Numbered from the whole stretch's first letter, positions 49,430 through 62,993 are shown. The stretch: 63,993 bases of DNA, filler included, from Reticulomyxa filosa (GCA_000512085.1; 25 parts of 25 records of this genome joined end to end with filler, not necessarily neighbours in it); one strand, 5' to 3'. A program made the numbers and translations. Notes: a model not told the origin generated them from the sequence alone.

Positions 49430-52288
49430 TATTATGCTCGTACAACTTCAACAAAACTTTTCCGAGATAGATCAAGAAGTCATTTCACAAACATGGAACT
49501 ACTTTAATGAAAACCTCGCTGAAACAAAAGATATTTTGACTTTGCTTACAAAGAACACGTTACAAAAAATTTTGTGCTGTCTTTTTTTAGTTAAAAATAT
49601 CATTGCTACTTTTTTGTAATAACTGCTAGCATATTTGAATAGTACTAATTTGGAACAACAAAGCCAACTAATGAAGTTATTCAATCATTTTGGCAATAAA
49701 ATTGAAAAAAGAACAATATTGCAAACCTGGATAGATTGCAATCAAATTTATATCGAAACGTGGTTGAAATTAATGGAAATTTGTTCTGCTAATGATATCA
49801 ATCAGTTATATTTTTTATGAAATATGTTTTATTTAAGAATAAAAATGAATATAAATATGAATTTTGTCAACAATTGAATGATAGGCTAAAAGAAGATAAT
49901 GAATTAAAAATATTAAGGGAAATGTGTTTACACATATTATGGAATATTTTGAAATATCCAAATGAGCTAAAATATCGACAAATTAATGGCCAATGTTTAT
50001 TCAATAATTTGAAATTGAAATGTCAGCGATTAGGCGTGAATGTAAACCAAACATCTAATCATTTTCAAAGTTATTTACAAGCTCTTGGATTCGAAAAAAG
50101 AAATGAAAATTGGTATTACCCAAATGATGATACTCAGTTAGCATGGTCATGGGAATATTATAAAGAGTTTATCAATCAACAAGCCTGTATGTTGATATGT
50201 ACTTTTGCTGTTATAATAAAATGACTTTTAGTTTTAACTTAAAAAGATATTCAATTTGTCAATAAAAAAAATAGATATAAAATAAGATATGATATTCCAA
50301 AAACAGTATGTATGTTGAAAAATGGCAAATGGAGAAACTATGAAATAGTATTCGATTATCAACATCGAACAATTATGTTGTTGAACATAAATGGAAAAAA
50401 ATAAAAAAAAAGACAAATTAAAATTAGAAATATTACAAGTTGGAAATCCAAAAAAATTGTCATTGGAATTCAATGTCACTGTGGAATGGTATAATGATTT
50501 AAATACCACATATACAAAGTGGGCTTGTCTTATTCTTAATCATTCCTGGCACTTTCGCACAACTGAATATCAGGATAGAGATAATCTATCAAACTGTTTT
50601 TCAGTTAATCGGATTAATATATAAACAAATATATTTTTATTATTTGTATTTAATTGATACATTTATGTATATGAATAGGAATTTAATTCTTTTCAGATTA
50701 TTTGTAGAGATAGAGATAATCGAACACGCAAAGGATCGTTCAATCCTTATGCAATAACTTTGAAACAGGAATAGAACATTTCAAATATAAATATCAAATG
50801 TTAGAACATTTTATCTATGGAACGAATGAGTTAGTATATTTTGAATTTGAGTTTGATAAATGTCAACCACAACTCACATCAAATGTGACCCACAAAGATG
50901 TATTATTGCATGATATTTACAAATGTTTTCTTCACTATCCAATAATTCAAGTTTACTGGAAAGTAATAGTTTTATTTACGGTCCCTTATGAACGAACTAT
51001 TGATGTAGAAAGAACCAATTTACCCACACTTATTTATTCAAATGATGCACATATGCTTTTTGTATCAAATGAAAAACCTACATTCAATCCATTTTTATAT
51101 GAATGCGACTTGCATAAACTTAAAATTATTGAAGATATATTACATCTCAAAATAACAAGAAATAATTCATTAAAAAAATTATTTCATGAAGTAATAAAAA
51201 ATAATTATTTATCAAATTTAATTACATATCAACATGTTAATAATAAACAAGAAGAAAGAAAACGTCATGAAAAGATTAAACAACAAATTAATTATAATGA
51301 AAATAACCCAAATGAATTAATATTAAATTATAAAATACTATCAATATTAGATGAATTAAAGATATTGTATCATGATGATATTCATAAACAAATGGGATAT
51401 CCACTTCAATTACATCATATTTGTGCAATTTTATTGTATTGTGGAAAACCTTGTAATGCTGAATTCAGTTATGATCAAATACAATTCAGACATAATAAAT
51501 GGCCTTATTTGGACCATTATTTACAACAAGCTATTTCTATTTTGCATAAACATGAAAGAAGAGAAGAAAGTGGAATAGAATTATACAGTGGATTGAAAGG
51601 AGTAAGATTAGAGAGTATTAAAGAAATTAAATCAGGATTTTTCATTAGTCATTTGAGCACTTCTGATGATATACAAGTTGCGCAAATGTATAGAGGAGAT
51701 CAAGGATGTATTTTACATTTTCATCCTTCCATGAGACGATCTGGTGGAATTAAAAGCTGTGATGTGTCTTGGATATCTCCATACAAACATGAAAGGGAAA
51801 TTTTATTCGCAAGATCATTTGCAGGTTACATCCTTGATGAAAAAGTACACAAAGAATTATTGGCATGGAATGCAAAAGTAGAGAGTGAAGACGAATATAC
51901 ACAAATGATTTTGTTGACATGGACAAGATATGATGAATATGTACAACAAACCATGCAAATTAGTGCAATGTGGAATTATTCTATTGATTTCAATCTTATT
52001 TATGTTTCACTTAAATATTACAGCGAAGGAGATATTTACAGAACAATTAACCTATTGTTTGAATTCGAAGAATGGAAATTAAAAGATAATAATAAACAAA
52101 GATACAAAGAAATAATCAACATATTTGTGAAAAGACGTTGTTGCAATCACACGATCAATATGTTTCATATGTTCCTTTTTAAAAACGACATAGAACAGGC
52201 TATCAGACATGCAACAATATGTACTGTTATCAATGGTTTTCCATTTACTGAAATAAGGGAAACACTGATAAAAACAAAGAAGTTGTGA
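49430..52288 (+). CDS. CUE-like + PUB + toxin-type (R-S-E) ADP-ribosyltransferase-domain protein; spliced, with frameshifts in the 5' exons
   Basis: CUE-like LQQNFSEIDQEVISQTWNYFNENLAETKDIL. PUB-like CLHILWNILKYPNELKYRQIN..YLQALGFEK. ART: AILLYC..LQQAISIL..ELYSGL..FISHLSTSDDIQVAQMY..GCILHF..CDVSWISPYKHEREILF. The last exon (50798-52288) is intact; single-base frame breaks at about 50395 and 50767. Confidence 0.75.
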
Positions 52289-53516
52289 ATTCGTAAAAGT
52301 AAATTTGCAAACAAAGTAATTGCAATATTTTAATGATTTTCATGGTATATTTGAGGCAATATGAAACAATTCTTTGGCGTTATTTTATTTCTGTGCAGAA
52401 ATGAAGCAGAATATATATAAGAAAGAGGACTGGATTTTTGAATGTTTGACATAGATCTGACAAATGAGTTTATGGACTTTGGTTTTAGACTAGTTTTAGA
52501 TTAAAAGGATATTCAATATTTAATTGTGTTATGTTTCAATGTAGTACATTGTCTTTTACGTTTTGTGCTTTCGTTTCACTTGAACACCAAATTCAAATTT
52601 TATATTTTTTGCGATCGATTGCCTCCAGCTAGTGTTAACAATAAAAAATATTTTTGTAAAAACGAGTTAATGAGACGTTCGTCACACGGGAGAAGAGTTC
52701 AATTATCTGCTGAAATGAACTACTTTATTGAATAAACTATTTTTTTAAATGTGGCAGTGCTAATTTTAAGCTTCAACAGCATGTTGAAATAACATATTAG
52801 ATTCGAAATTGAAGAAAAGAAAAAAAGAAAATCATGAATTTTGTGACCAATTCAAATATTCGGAGTCAGAATATCAAAGTCTCAGATGAAATGGATCCTA
52901 TTTGATCATTTTTAAACATGACTATGTCTTTCAAACATATTAATCAGATTAAATACTCCATATCGATTTCAGTTCCAATGTACCAAACAACACAGTCATG
53001 TCTGTAGTTTAGTTTCAGCTGCTGTTCCTTTTTTTAAGACGCTGTTCTAGAGTACCGGTTCTGTAATAGTTTCATTCATTGAAAGATGTCAAGTACGTGA
53101 CAAAAGCAATATATAAAGCTGTATCATCTACTTTTTTGCCTGTTGCAAAAAAAAAGGACTAGACACCAGTAACAAACTGAACTTTGCAGAGTATGACATA
53201 TCATCAGAAAAGGGAAATGGAATCGTCATGATCTTTGATTGTTTTTCTCAAATGAACACAATAAATTCAGGCAAGAATATGATGGGATACAATTATTCAA
53301 GTTTGTAATATATCTACATCTTTTAAAGATTATGTAGGAAGAGATATTATATAAAAAATTTTGAAAAAATATTGGTTTTTTATGAATAAACTTATAAATG
53401 TTTATAAGGGTATTTATGATGTAGGTTGTTATTACATGCTCTAATTTTATCAGTTCTAAAGTCTTTTTTCAAAAATTTTCTTTAAAAACAAAAAATCAAA
53501 ACGAGTACGTTTGGTG

Positions 53517-55381
53517 ATGCCATTAGCAAGATATAAATGGGTTTTTTTATGGCTCACCTTATTGGAATTATTGTCAACTTTTGGCAAGGAACAGTTGGCA
53601 CAAGATGAAATGCTGGCACTGTTGTCACTGTACGAGAGTACGCAAGGAAGCAGATGGTATAACACGTGTGAATGGAATATAAATTGGACAGATCCCTACA
53701 CAACAGACTTTTGCACATTGTACGGAATCTCTTGTGTACCGGACATCACAAATGAAACTCATGTGACAAAAATCAGTTTAATTCATTGCCTGCTGAATGG
53801 TACTTTGCCATCGGAAATGGGGTAGGTAGAGCATTATTTTTTCTTTTAAGGACTTTCTAAAAAAAATTAATGTCCTTCTTATATGGTACAGTTTTAAATG
53901 CATGCACATGTACAAATGTACCTTAAAAAAAATGTAAGGGACTTGGCATATTTGCGAAAATTGGAATTAAGTAACAACTATTTGCACAGTGGACTGCCCA
54001 TAGAAATGAGCAAGTGCTTAAAGCTAGAACACATGCATATGAGTTTCAACTCATTGAGTGGAACTTTGCCACGAGAATGGGCAAACTTGCCAAACTTGAA
54101 TTATTTTGATGTGGGTCGAAATCAATTAAGTGGCGAGATTCCAGAAGAGTATACGCTTATGTCGAACTTGCAGTCGCTTCTGTTGAATAGCAATAAGCTG
54201 AGTGGAACACTTCCAAAGGGATTGTTTGGTGAAGCAATGTCTAATTTGATAGTGTTGGATTTACACAGCAACGAATTGACATGTGACAGTGGAGGTCTAT
54301 TTGTCAATCGAACGGGCAATTCGAATTCGTCGTCGTGGTTGACAGTACTGGATCTCAGTTACAATAAATTGAATTGCAGTATTTCCAATGCAATAGGGGA
54401 ATTCACAAGTTTGGAATTCTTGGATTTGAGTTACAATCGTATCATCGGAAGCATCCCTAATACAATTGGTCGAATAACCGATTTGGAATATTTCGAATTG
54501 AATAATAACCAAATTCAAGGCAGCATTCCTGTGGAAATCGGTCGATTGTCCAGGCTATTGTCATTAGATTTTTCCAATAACCAATTGAGTGGATCTATTC
54601 CTGCGCAAATTGGACAACTGTTATCGCTTGCGTTTTTAATTTTGAACTCGAATCAATTGGACGGAACGCTGCCTGTAGAAATTTCACACTTGATGTGGTT
54701 GGAATCACTGATTGTCTCGCAAAACCAACTGTCCGGAACTTTGCCTCCTCAAATTGGTCTTCTTACCAAATTGATCACGTTGGATCTCAGCCATAATTTC
54801 CTCTCAGGTACCATTCCAGACGCGGCCACACAACTGACCAAACTCATGTCTTTTGACGTCAGTCATAACCGATTCACGGGAACGTTGCCTCAACATCTTG
54901 AGTTCCTACAACAATAACTTTTTATGTGTATAACAATAAATTCGTATACTTGTTTAATGATAATGAATGACAAGCACAGTAATAACAAAAATAAAAGAGA
55001 AATGAATCAGTTGACTGCATTACAATTAAATGACAACGAGTTTAGTGGCACTTTGCCATCATTGTCGAAAGCGACAGAGTTGAATATACTATTTATGGAA
55101 AATAATCGATTGGACGGAACGCTGCCACCGTTTACGAATCAATCAAAGTTAGTGTTTTTGTCATTGGATAACAACCAGTTCAGTGGATCTTTACCAGTAT
55201 TTACATTTACTGATCCTCACGCAAGTGCAAACACAACCAGTCCATTGCAAATCATCACTTTGCACAATAATGACTTTGTTCATTTGCATTTGCATTTGTG
55301 GTATGTCTTTTCTTAGTCAAAAAAATAACATAAAATAAATAAACAAAACAAAACAAAACAAAACAAATAATTAAAAAGGCT
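53517..55381 (+). CDS. Secreted/receptor-like leucine-rich-repeat protein (plant-type LRRNT + LRRs), 3'-partial
   Basis: Signal-peptide-like N-terminus, DEMLALLSLYESTQG..W..W...FCTLYGISC cap, and more than 15 LxxLxLxxNxLSGxIPxxI repeats. Introns at about 53822-53938 and 54903-54997. Confidence 0.9.
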
Positions 55382-55516
55382 NNNNNNNNNNNNNNNNNNN
55401 NNNNNNNNNNNNNNNNNNNNNNNNNTTAATTAATTAANNNNNNNNNNNNNNNNNNNNNNNNNNNNNNNNNNNNNNNNNNNNAAAAAAAACTCTGCATCAT
55501 AATAAAGAAAAGGATT

Positions 55517-55714
55517 ATGTTGGTCTTGAATGTGGAAAGAGATGAAAAAAACCGGGAACATGAAAAAGAAATAGTTTCCAGTCCTGGTTGTTATGATAAA
55601 GACTGGATTTTGTTGACCAACAAAGCAGAGGATGAGGAATTGCAACTTGGAAATATCGAGTTTGATATTGAAAAGATCATTGCATATCACACATTAATCC
55701 CAACTGCATTGTGA
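55517..55714 (+). pseudogene. Truncated remnant of the RING/TRAF family N-terminus
   Basis: SPGCYDKDWILLTNK matches CFAKDWILQTNQ of the 32352-33031 gene, but the RING cysteines do not follow. Confidence 0.5.
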
Positions 55715-57645
55715 TAAAGTTATTGAAGTTATCAAATTTTACGGCAAAAAAAATCTTGTGTAATCAATATGGAAAAACAATAGACAAAATGGAGCAACAA
55801 CATTGATGCGTCATATTTTGGTAAGTGTAAAAAAAAATGTTTGATTAATTTTTTATTTTTGTTTTGTTTTTTTATAGTGAACAGTAGCATATTATCTTTT
55901 TAAGAGTGCAACAAAACAAGATTAGCCGTTCGATTTTATAGTCTTTAGAATAACTTGATTATTGTGGAACGTACTGACTGTGACTTTGACTTGCACAAAA
56001 TGTAATACGAAAGTATAACTTCTTGGTGAGTTTTCAGCAAAAAACAAGTAACAACAAAATAAATAAGGAAAAAGGAAACTCAAGGTTTAATTGAATCTTG
56101 CCAACAACAAGTAGTGTTAAATTTGTTATATAAGTTTTTTTGTCTTGCAAATATTCAAATTGAGACATTTGCTCAATCTTTGCGCGGTTAATTCAGCTAT
56201 TAGTTTTCTAGCAGGTGAAAAATATTTTACATAACATATATAACAATGATTGTTGCAGCGTAATTATTATCATGTGAGAATAAAATTTGAATACATTTCA
56301 ACAAGTTTTTTTCCCATTCGAGAAAAAATTAATTTATATTCAAAAGATATCAACAGATGATGTAAACTTTGTCTCATTTTTTGTTTTTTTTTCTCTATCC
56401 TACAATGAAATTAAGTGGTGTTGAACAACATAAAACGAGGAATTGCGCGTTTTATTGAAGGCAAAAACGCTTTAACATTTTACGGAGTTGAATTGAAGAA
56501 TGATGCTGGCAAAGACAATGGCGTCATTTAAATTTTTAAAAAAATTTAACTTGTTGACATGCAACCGTGAGGTTAGTGACGATCACCACTTGATTTAAAG
56601 TTAGAAATAGTGTGATATTCAAAAAATAGTTGACCTTTTTGATGAAGCATGAAAAAAAAAATGTTATTTTCATGCTTTACTTTTCTAAACAAGAGCAAGA
56701 TGTAGTTCATGTTCGTCTAATAACTTGTAAATCGTACTAAGTTAGTTGTTTCTTTTGTGTAGAAGAAAAAGCATTCTTTATTGGAATTGGTATAACTATG
56801 TGTTAATAAATTATGTTTTTTTGTTATTAAAAAAAAATGATGTGTTTTTTTTGTAAATTTTAGAGTTGCGCATTCGCGAAGAGGTTAACAAAAATTAGAA
56901 TAATTTACAAATAGCAATTTTGTACAAAAGAAAAGATAAATTTTGTTTTCAAATTGTTTGTGTAATGAATTCGATAAAATTTTTTATATGCTGAGTAATT
57001 ACACTAAAAAATCTTTTCTATATCGCTGTCAGACAAAAACGTGATAACAATTTCACAATAAAAAACACGTTGCAACACAATTTTACTAATTTATCACAAA
57101 GGTGGCCCAAAACTTGTGAGGAAAAACGTAAATACATTGAATTTTAGACAGAGATTTAGGTGTAAAATTATTACATAACATGTATTGCAAAAATTGTTTT
57201 ATGTAGTTTCATAATTTTTAATGACAAAAAGAGTTATCGCATTATGTATGTAATATGATTGTATTTTTGTTTTATTTCTCTTTGAGGAAAGAAAATTGGT
57301 TTATGCTTTATGTCAGATTGTCTTTGACAAAGAGATAATTTAAGATATTTTAATTTAGGATAACACATAAGACGGATATATGAGCAAATAATAATTATCA
57401 TTATTTTTAGCATTGAAAATTATTACACAAAACAAAAATTACATTCTCAATTGATTATAATAGTCGTATTGACCATAATTTTGTCTTTACGTATCAAAGT
57501 TTGTTAAATAAAACCACAAAATGATCATTTTGGCAGATTGTCATGNNNNNNNNNNNNNNNNNNNNNNNNNNNNNNNNNNNNNNNNNNNNTTAATTAATTA
57601 ANNNNNNNNNNNNNNNNNNNNNNNNNNNNNNNNNNNNNNNNNNNN

Positions 57646-58639
57646 GCCTCAATCACTGTTGCAGCAACAGTTGCAACAACAGCTGCAACGACATTTGAAC
57701 ACCAGAACTGACAGTGGTATCACCCACTGTGCGATGCCCAAACAAAGCATGCTCCATGATTTTATCACCTCAAAACATTTTGGAAATGGCAATGGTAATG
57801 GTGACAATGATGATATCCAGTCGCGTGCCAACGGGGGACACAAAACAATGGAACGTGGATATGTCAATGAATATGAAAGCAAATACACTCAATCAAATAC
57901 AAATACAATTGCAAATACAATTGCAAATACAAACATAAATGCAAATGCAAATGCAAATACAAATGCAAATGCAAATATAAATGCAAGTGAAAGTGAGACT
58001 GAAGATACTCATGTTTTGTGCTGGACCGATTCCCACGCGAAAAAATACGGCGTTGGATATTTGTTGTCGAATAAATGCGTGGGCGCTTATTTTGCGGACT
58101 CTTCCTCCATGATCTTGTGTCCGGATAAAACCACCGTTTTTTTTATGGAGAGCGCGTCCGGCACTGACTGCCATGCGAATAGCAGAAACGCGACCGAAAG
58201 AAAACAAATCCCAATGCAAGAAATCTCCGTTCACAATTGTCCGTCGTATCTCAACAAAAAACTCACTTTGCTACTCCACTTTCGCAATTATTTGAATCAA
58301 AAGTGCCAAGACAATAACGACAAAGAAAATCAAAGTAAAAAGGACTTTGTCAATACTCAAAATTGCTTTCATCGTGACAATATTGTTTTTGTGCGCAGAT
58401 GGATGAAAACCAAACACGCTACTGTCTTCCGTTTCAACAATAAAACGATACACGTCATCTTCGTCGACGATACTCAATTACTGTTCTTGTCCAGCTCTAA
58501 GGCAATTGCTTACACTGACAAAAACAAACGCAAACATCTCATGTCCTGGAATCAAGCTCTCAACTCACAATCCAAGGAATTTGAAAAAAGATTGGACTAT
58601 ACTCAAAAACTGATCCAACGAGTTTCCAAATCACAATGA
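57646..58639 (+). CDS. PLK: Polo-like kinase C-terminal polo-box domain, 5'-partial
   Basis: PB1 HVLCWTDSHAKKYGVGYLLSNKCVGAYFADSSSMIL, linker PSYLNKKLTLLLHFRNYL, PB2 VFVRRWMKTKHATVFRFNNKTIHVIFVDDTQLLF. The kinase domain is not on this contig. Confidence 0.88.
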
Positions 58640-60385
58640 CTTTTCATTTTTACTTTGATTTTGGTTTTTGATTTTTGAGTTCATTTTTGTAATTTTAGTT
58701 TATTTAACGCTGTAACTTGTTAAAAAAAAAAGTTCGGNNNNNNNNNNNNNNNNNNNNNNNNNNNNNNNNNNNNNNNNNNNNTTAATTAATTAANNNNNNN
58801 NNNNNNNNNNNNNNNNNNNNNNNNNNNNNNNNNNNNNTTATTAAAAAACTAATTTCATATTTAAAAACTACAAGATTTGTAGATATTTTTTAAAAAAATT
58901 AGGTCTAAATGTTGATTTTTCATGGAGAAAATCAATTATCATCATAAGATATCGTTTTATGCGTTCAGTTTTCTTTGCAACTTACTGTATTTATACAAAT
59001 AAGTTAATTTTTACATAAAAAAAATTTTGTTAATGTTGTTATTTGTTTTGTAAAATCAAAGTTAACTTTTTCTGAAACTTATTTTAGTTATTTTCTTGAA
59101 GACAATTATAGACTAGAACATATTATCTAATGAATATTTGATAACTAAATTGAAAAATTAAAGCAAAGTATTTAATTTTAGCACTTATTGTGATACAGAA
59201 AGAATAAAGTTAAATGATTATTAAATTGATACAATAATTTAAATAAATCAATTGTTTTTTGATTTTGTTTTTATATTCGATACATTTTATATCGTAAAAA
59301 TATGGAGCCAGTTGAAAAAAAGCAAATATTGATAATGCAATTACATAACAAAAAATAAAAGCTAATCAATTCTATTTCTATAATAATGACATTACTTGGC
59401 TAGCATATGGAACAATGTTTAAATGATTACTATAAGTACATGATTCATTGTTACAAAAGTTAAGCTTTTTTGGAGCGAAGTAACAGATAAAAGACGACTT
59501 AAAACAAAAAATCAAATACTCTTGCAATGAAATAAAAAGAAAAATATCAAATCAGCGATTGTCAATGTAAAAAAGATGTAATTAATCAAACAAAGGCCTA
59601 AAGGGGGGTTCATCAAATTCTTTTTTTTAAAAAATACATTTCGTCTTCTCATTGTTGTTCTTTCTAATTGATTTGATTGTTATTTGTCATCCCATTTCAT
59701 CACAGCAACTACTTTGACATCCATTAAGTTGAAGAGGTACGCATTTCTGTTTCATTAATAATGTTGACTCTGTTTGCTTCTCCTTCCAAGTTAAAAACTT
59801 TGAAGGGAAAGTAACACCACAAAACATGTGCCTAAGCTCCAAAAATTACCTTCCTTTTCAAAGAGTACTTTTTTTTTGTTTGCGGAATCGAATCGCTAGA
59901 ATATATTTGCAATGAATGTTATGTCTTGGTTTACAATGCCCAATGTATGTGTCATATTAGTTTGCATCTCTTAAATCTGTTTTTTTTAAAAAAAAATGTA
60001 TATATATCTTATTTTGAGTAAATGTTCCAACATGCTGCATGTAAAATGTGCATGTAGGGGGGAAAAAAAGGGGGAGAGGAAGAAAGGAAGTCAAATGGGT
60101 CTATATAGATTGTTTGACTTTCGATATTGTATTTGTATTTGTATTTGTATATGTATGTGTTCATGCAACGGGATGAAAATATAACGGACACTTGCAAAAA
60201 TGTACTTTCCAGTATGTAACGTTTGTTTTTTTTTTTTTTAGAAAAAAAAAAAAAAAAAACTAAGAAACAAAACAAAGCAAGCAAGNNNNNNNNNNNNNNN
60301 NNNNNNNNNNNNNNNNNNNNNNNNNNNNNTTAATTAATTAANNNNNNNNNNNNNNNNNNNNNNNNNNNNNNNNNNNNNNNNNNNN

Positions 60386-61613
60386 CTTCTGCAGTATCGT
60401 TCGTTTTGTCTCGCACCTCGGCAGCTTTATGACGATACTGACTTGCCAAATCCCATTTTTTTTGCTTTTGGTAAAGAATAGCAAATTGTTCATAGACAAA
60501 GATAAAAGCGGTATCAAAAGGCGGAAGTATCTTGTTATAAATGTCAAGGCCCTTATCAAGTTTTTTTAAAGCGTAGGTGAGTTGATGCTTTGTGATGGCA
60601 CAAATTCCCAAATTAATGTAATTCCTTGCGACATCACGATGTTCATCGCCATGCACTCTCGAGAAAGTTCGGAGTGCAAGATCGTAATTCTGAATCGCTT
60701 GTTTTATATCGTGATCCTGAAAAGAAAGATCAGCGATAGTTTCATACGAAGATGCAACATCAGCATGACTATGTCCAAATTGCTTCAATCTTAACTGCAA
60801 CAGCTTTGTGGCAGTGTCAATTGCCTGAGTGGGTTGAGAATTCTCCATATAAATAGCACTCAACTTGTCATAGCAATAAGTGAGTTCATTAAATTTAGCT
60901 CTGGCAGGCTGTTTTAAAAATATGTCAATGGCTTTTTCAAAAGCATCAATGGCATTACTAAGTTCGTTGTTGCAATAATAACTTTCTGCTACCATTTTGT
61001 ACGTATCGGCCATACGTAAATCGTACGGATCAAGAAGACCGAGTCGAATATTCAAAGATTCGGAAAACCAATGGACGGCTTTTCTGTGGTCTCCTTTTCG
61101 ATTATATGAAAAGCCTAGATTGTAGCAAGTGATTGCCACATTCAAATTATTCCGTCCAAATTTCTGTTTTCCAATGTCTAATGCTTTTTTATTGTATTCA
61201 ATCGACTTTTCAAAGTTTTCGAGGTTAAAATACCAATCGGCTGCATTGTGATAGCAATCAATAGATTTTTTATACTCTTTGATCTCGAAATACAATTTGC
61301 CCAATGTTTCGTATAAAGGTATTAGCTTGCCCGATTGTCGTTCTTCCAATTTGCGTCGAATGCGAAAACAGTATTGATAATTGTAAATGGCCTGTCTAAA
61401 ATCTCTCTTCAACTCATAGCAATAGGCCAGTTGATGCAACGAGTCCGCCATGTTGTTGTCATTGTCATCGTGATTCGTCTGTCGGATATTCACAGCCAAT
61501 TTGTACGATTTGATGGCATCTTCAAAGTGTTTGCGTTTGAGATGCAAGAGACCCAAGTTGTGATACGACGTTGCCAGAGTTATATGTTGTGGACCGACAG
61601 TTTGAAATCGAAG
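60386..61613 (-). CDS. Tetratricopeptide-repeat protein (kinesin-light-chain-like 42-aa TPRs), partial at both ends
   Basis: Open frame across the whole contig with repeated HxxxAxSYxNLG..Y..AIxxYxxALxI units. Confidence 0.9.
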
Positions 61614-62993
61614 NNNNNNNNNNNNNNNNNNNNNNNNNNNNNNNNNNNNNNNNNNNNTTAATTAATTAANNNNNNNNNNNNNNNNNNNNNNNNNNNNNNN
61701 NNNNNNNNNNNNNTTTTATTTCTTTTTTTTCATTTTTGTCTTTTTTTCTTATTGTTATTTTTTCATTTTCTTTTTTCAATCACCTTTTTTTTACCCCTTT
61801 TTTACATATTTTTTTCTTTTTCCAACATTTCCAAATTATTTTTCAAATTTTTTTTTCCCAATTTATTATCCCTCCTTCTTATACAACTTTTTTTTCAAAA
61901 AAACCAATTTTTTCATTTTCTCTTGAGTCTTGAAAACCTATCAAATAACAAATAACTTTTTTATTTTTTAAAGAAAAAAACAAAAAATAAAACTTCTGTC
62001 GAACGGGCCAGCTACATTTTCCAATACAATTCCTATTTTTTCTTATCACATGATGCAATGCATCAAAAAACAATTTTGTTTATAAAGGGAATGGGCAGAT
62101 AAATATATTTTTTTCATTGATGGGGGCATGCATATTGATAAACAATCAAACAAAATCACATTTTTATAATAAACAAAAACTTACACATAAATATACAAAC
62201 CCTTATTTTTTTTTTTCCATACGGAGTAGACTTCAACTCCTTATTTTTTCTTCATATATAAGTGGATGTGAACTTTTCTTTTTTTTTGCGATCTGGTGAC
62301 AGTTATTATTAAACAAATCACAATTTAAAAAAAAAAAGATTGCAAACCTTTTTGACTCCTTTCGGAGACGGAGCGACTACATTTAAGTGTTTTACACGTT
62401 TGCAATTTGTCATTGCCCGAGTCATTCATCAATCTGTCGGGTACACAACAAAGCCAAGTTTCACTGGATTTTGCTACGCAATTTGTACTGAGCCAATAGC
62501 ATACTAATTGTGTGTCCAAATCGCATATTACGTGATGTCATCTGTAGACAATTCCGGTCCAATATATTGTTACACAACCACATTGACTGTTCCTCTTACT
62601 GCCACTGCGTCATCGTCAGTCAATGAGTCTCCACTAGTAATGTAGTCATTTTTCCTTTGTTCATGATATTTTTCTTCGGCGACATTTTGAACTGGAGTAT
62701 GTACATGCGTCATTGTTGTAAGAGCATTTGCTTAAGTGATATGATTCCTTCAACAGCATAACCATACAATTTGACTGCTTCTTTGGCTATGTAGCACAAC
62801 GAATAAGCTCACGGTCGATCAAACAATGAACATGCTTGCCATCCGTGGCGAGAGATGAATACAATATACAAATGTGTCCACACAATGCTGGATNNNNNNN
62901 NNNNNNNNNNNNNNNNNNNNNNNNNNNNNNNNNNNNNTTAATTAATTAANNNNNNNNNNNNNNNNNNNNNNNNNNNNNNNNNNNNNNNNNNNN

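Noticed and set aside
37160-55381. A physically clustered defence island (NLR-like, retroelement, IS, ART, LRR)
   Set aside because: These lie on separate contigs joined arbitrarily. Only the PUB-ART and LRR genes share a contig (48565-55381).
57893-58234. Antisense ORFs with poly-(IC), poly-V or poly-(DV)/(PR) runs (also 40090-40419, 32458-32875, 63406-63816, 63446-63646)
   Set aside because: They are shadow or alternative frames of microsatellites within genes encoded in another frame or strand.
62290-62893. Cys-containing coding-like stretch on the minus strand
   Set aside because: Stops occur in all frames and no family is identifiable.
4732-62993. Recurring palindromic TTAATTAATTAA as a CRISPR-like array or biological repeat
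   Set aside because: It is always embedded in exactly 44+44 Ns and has stops in all six frames, so it is a synthetic contig joiner.
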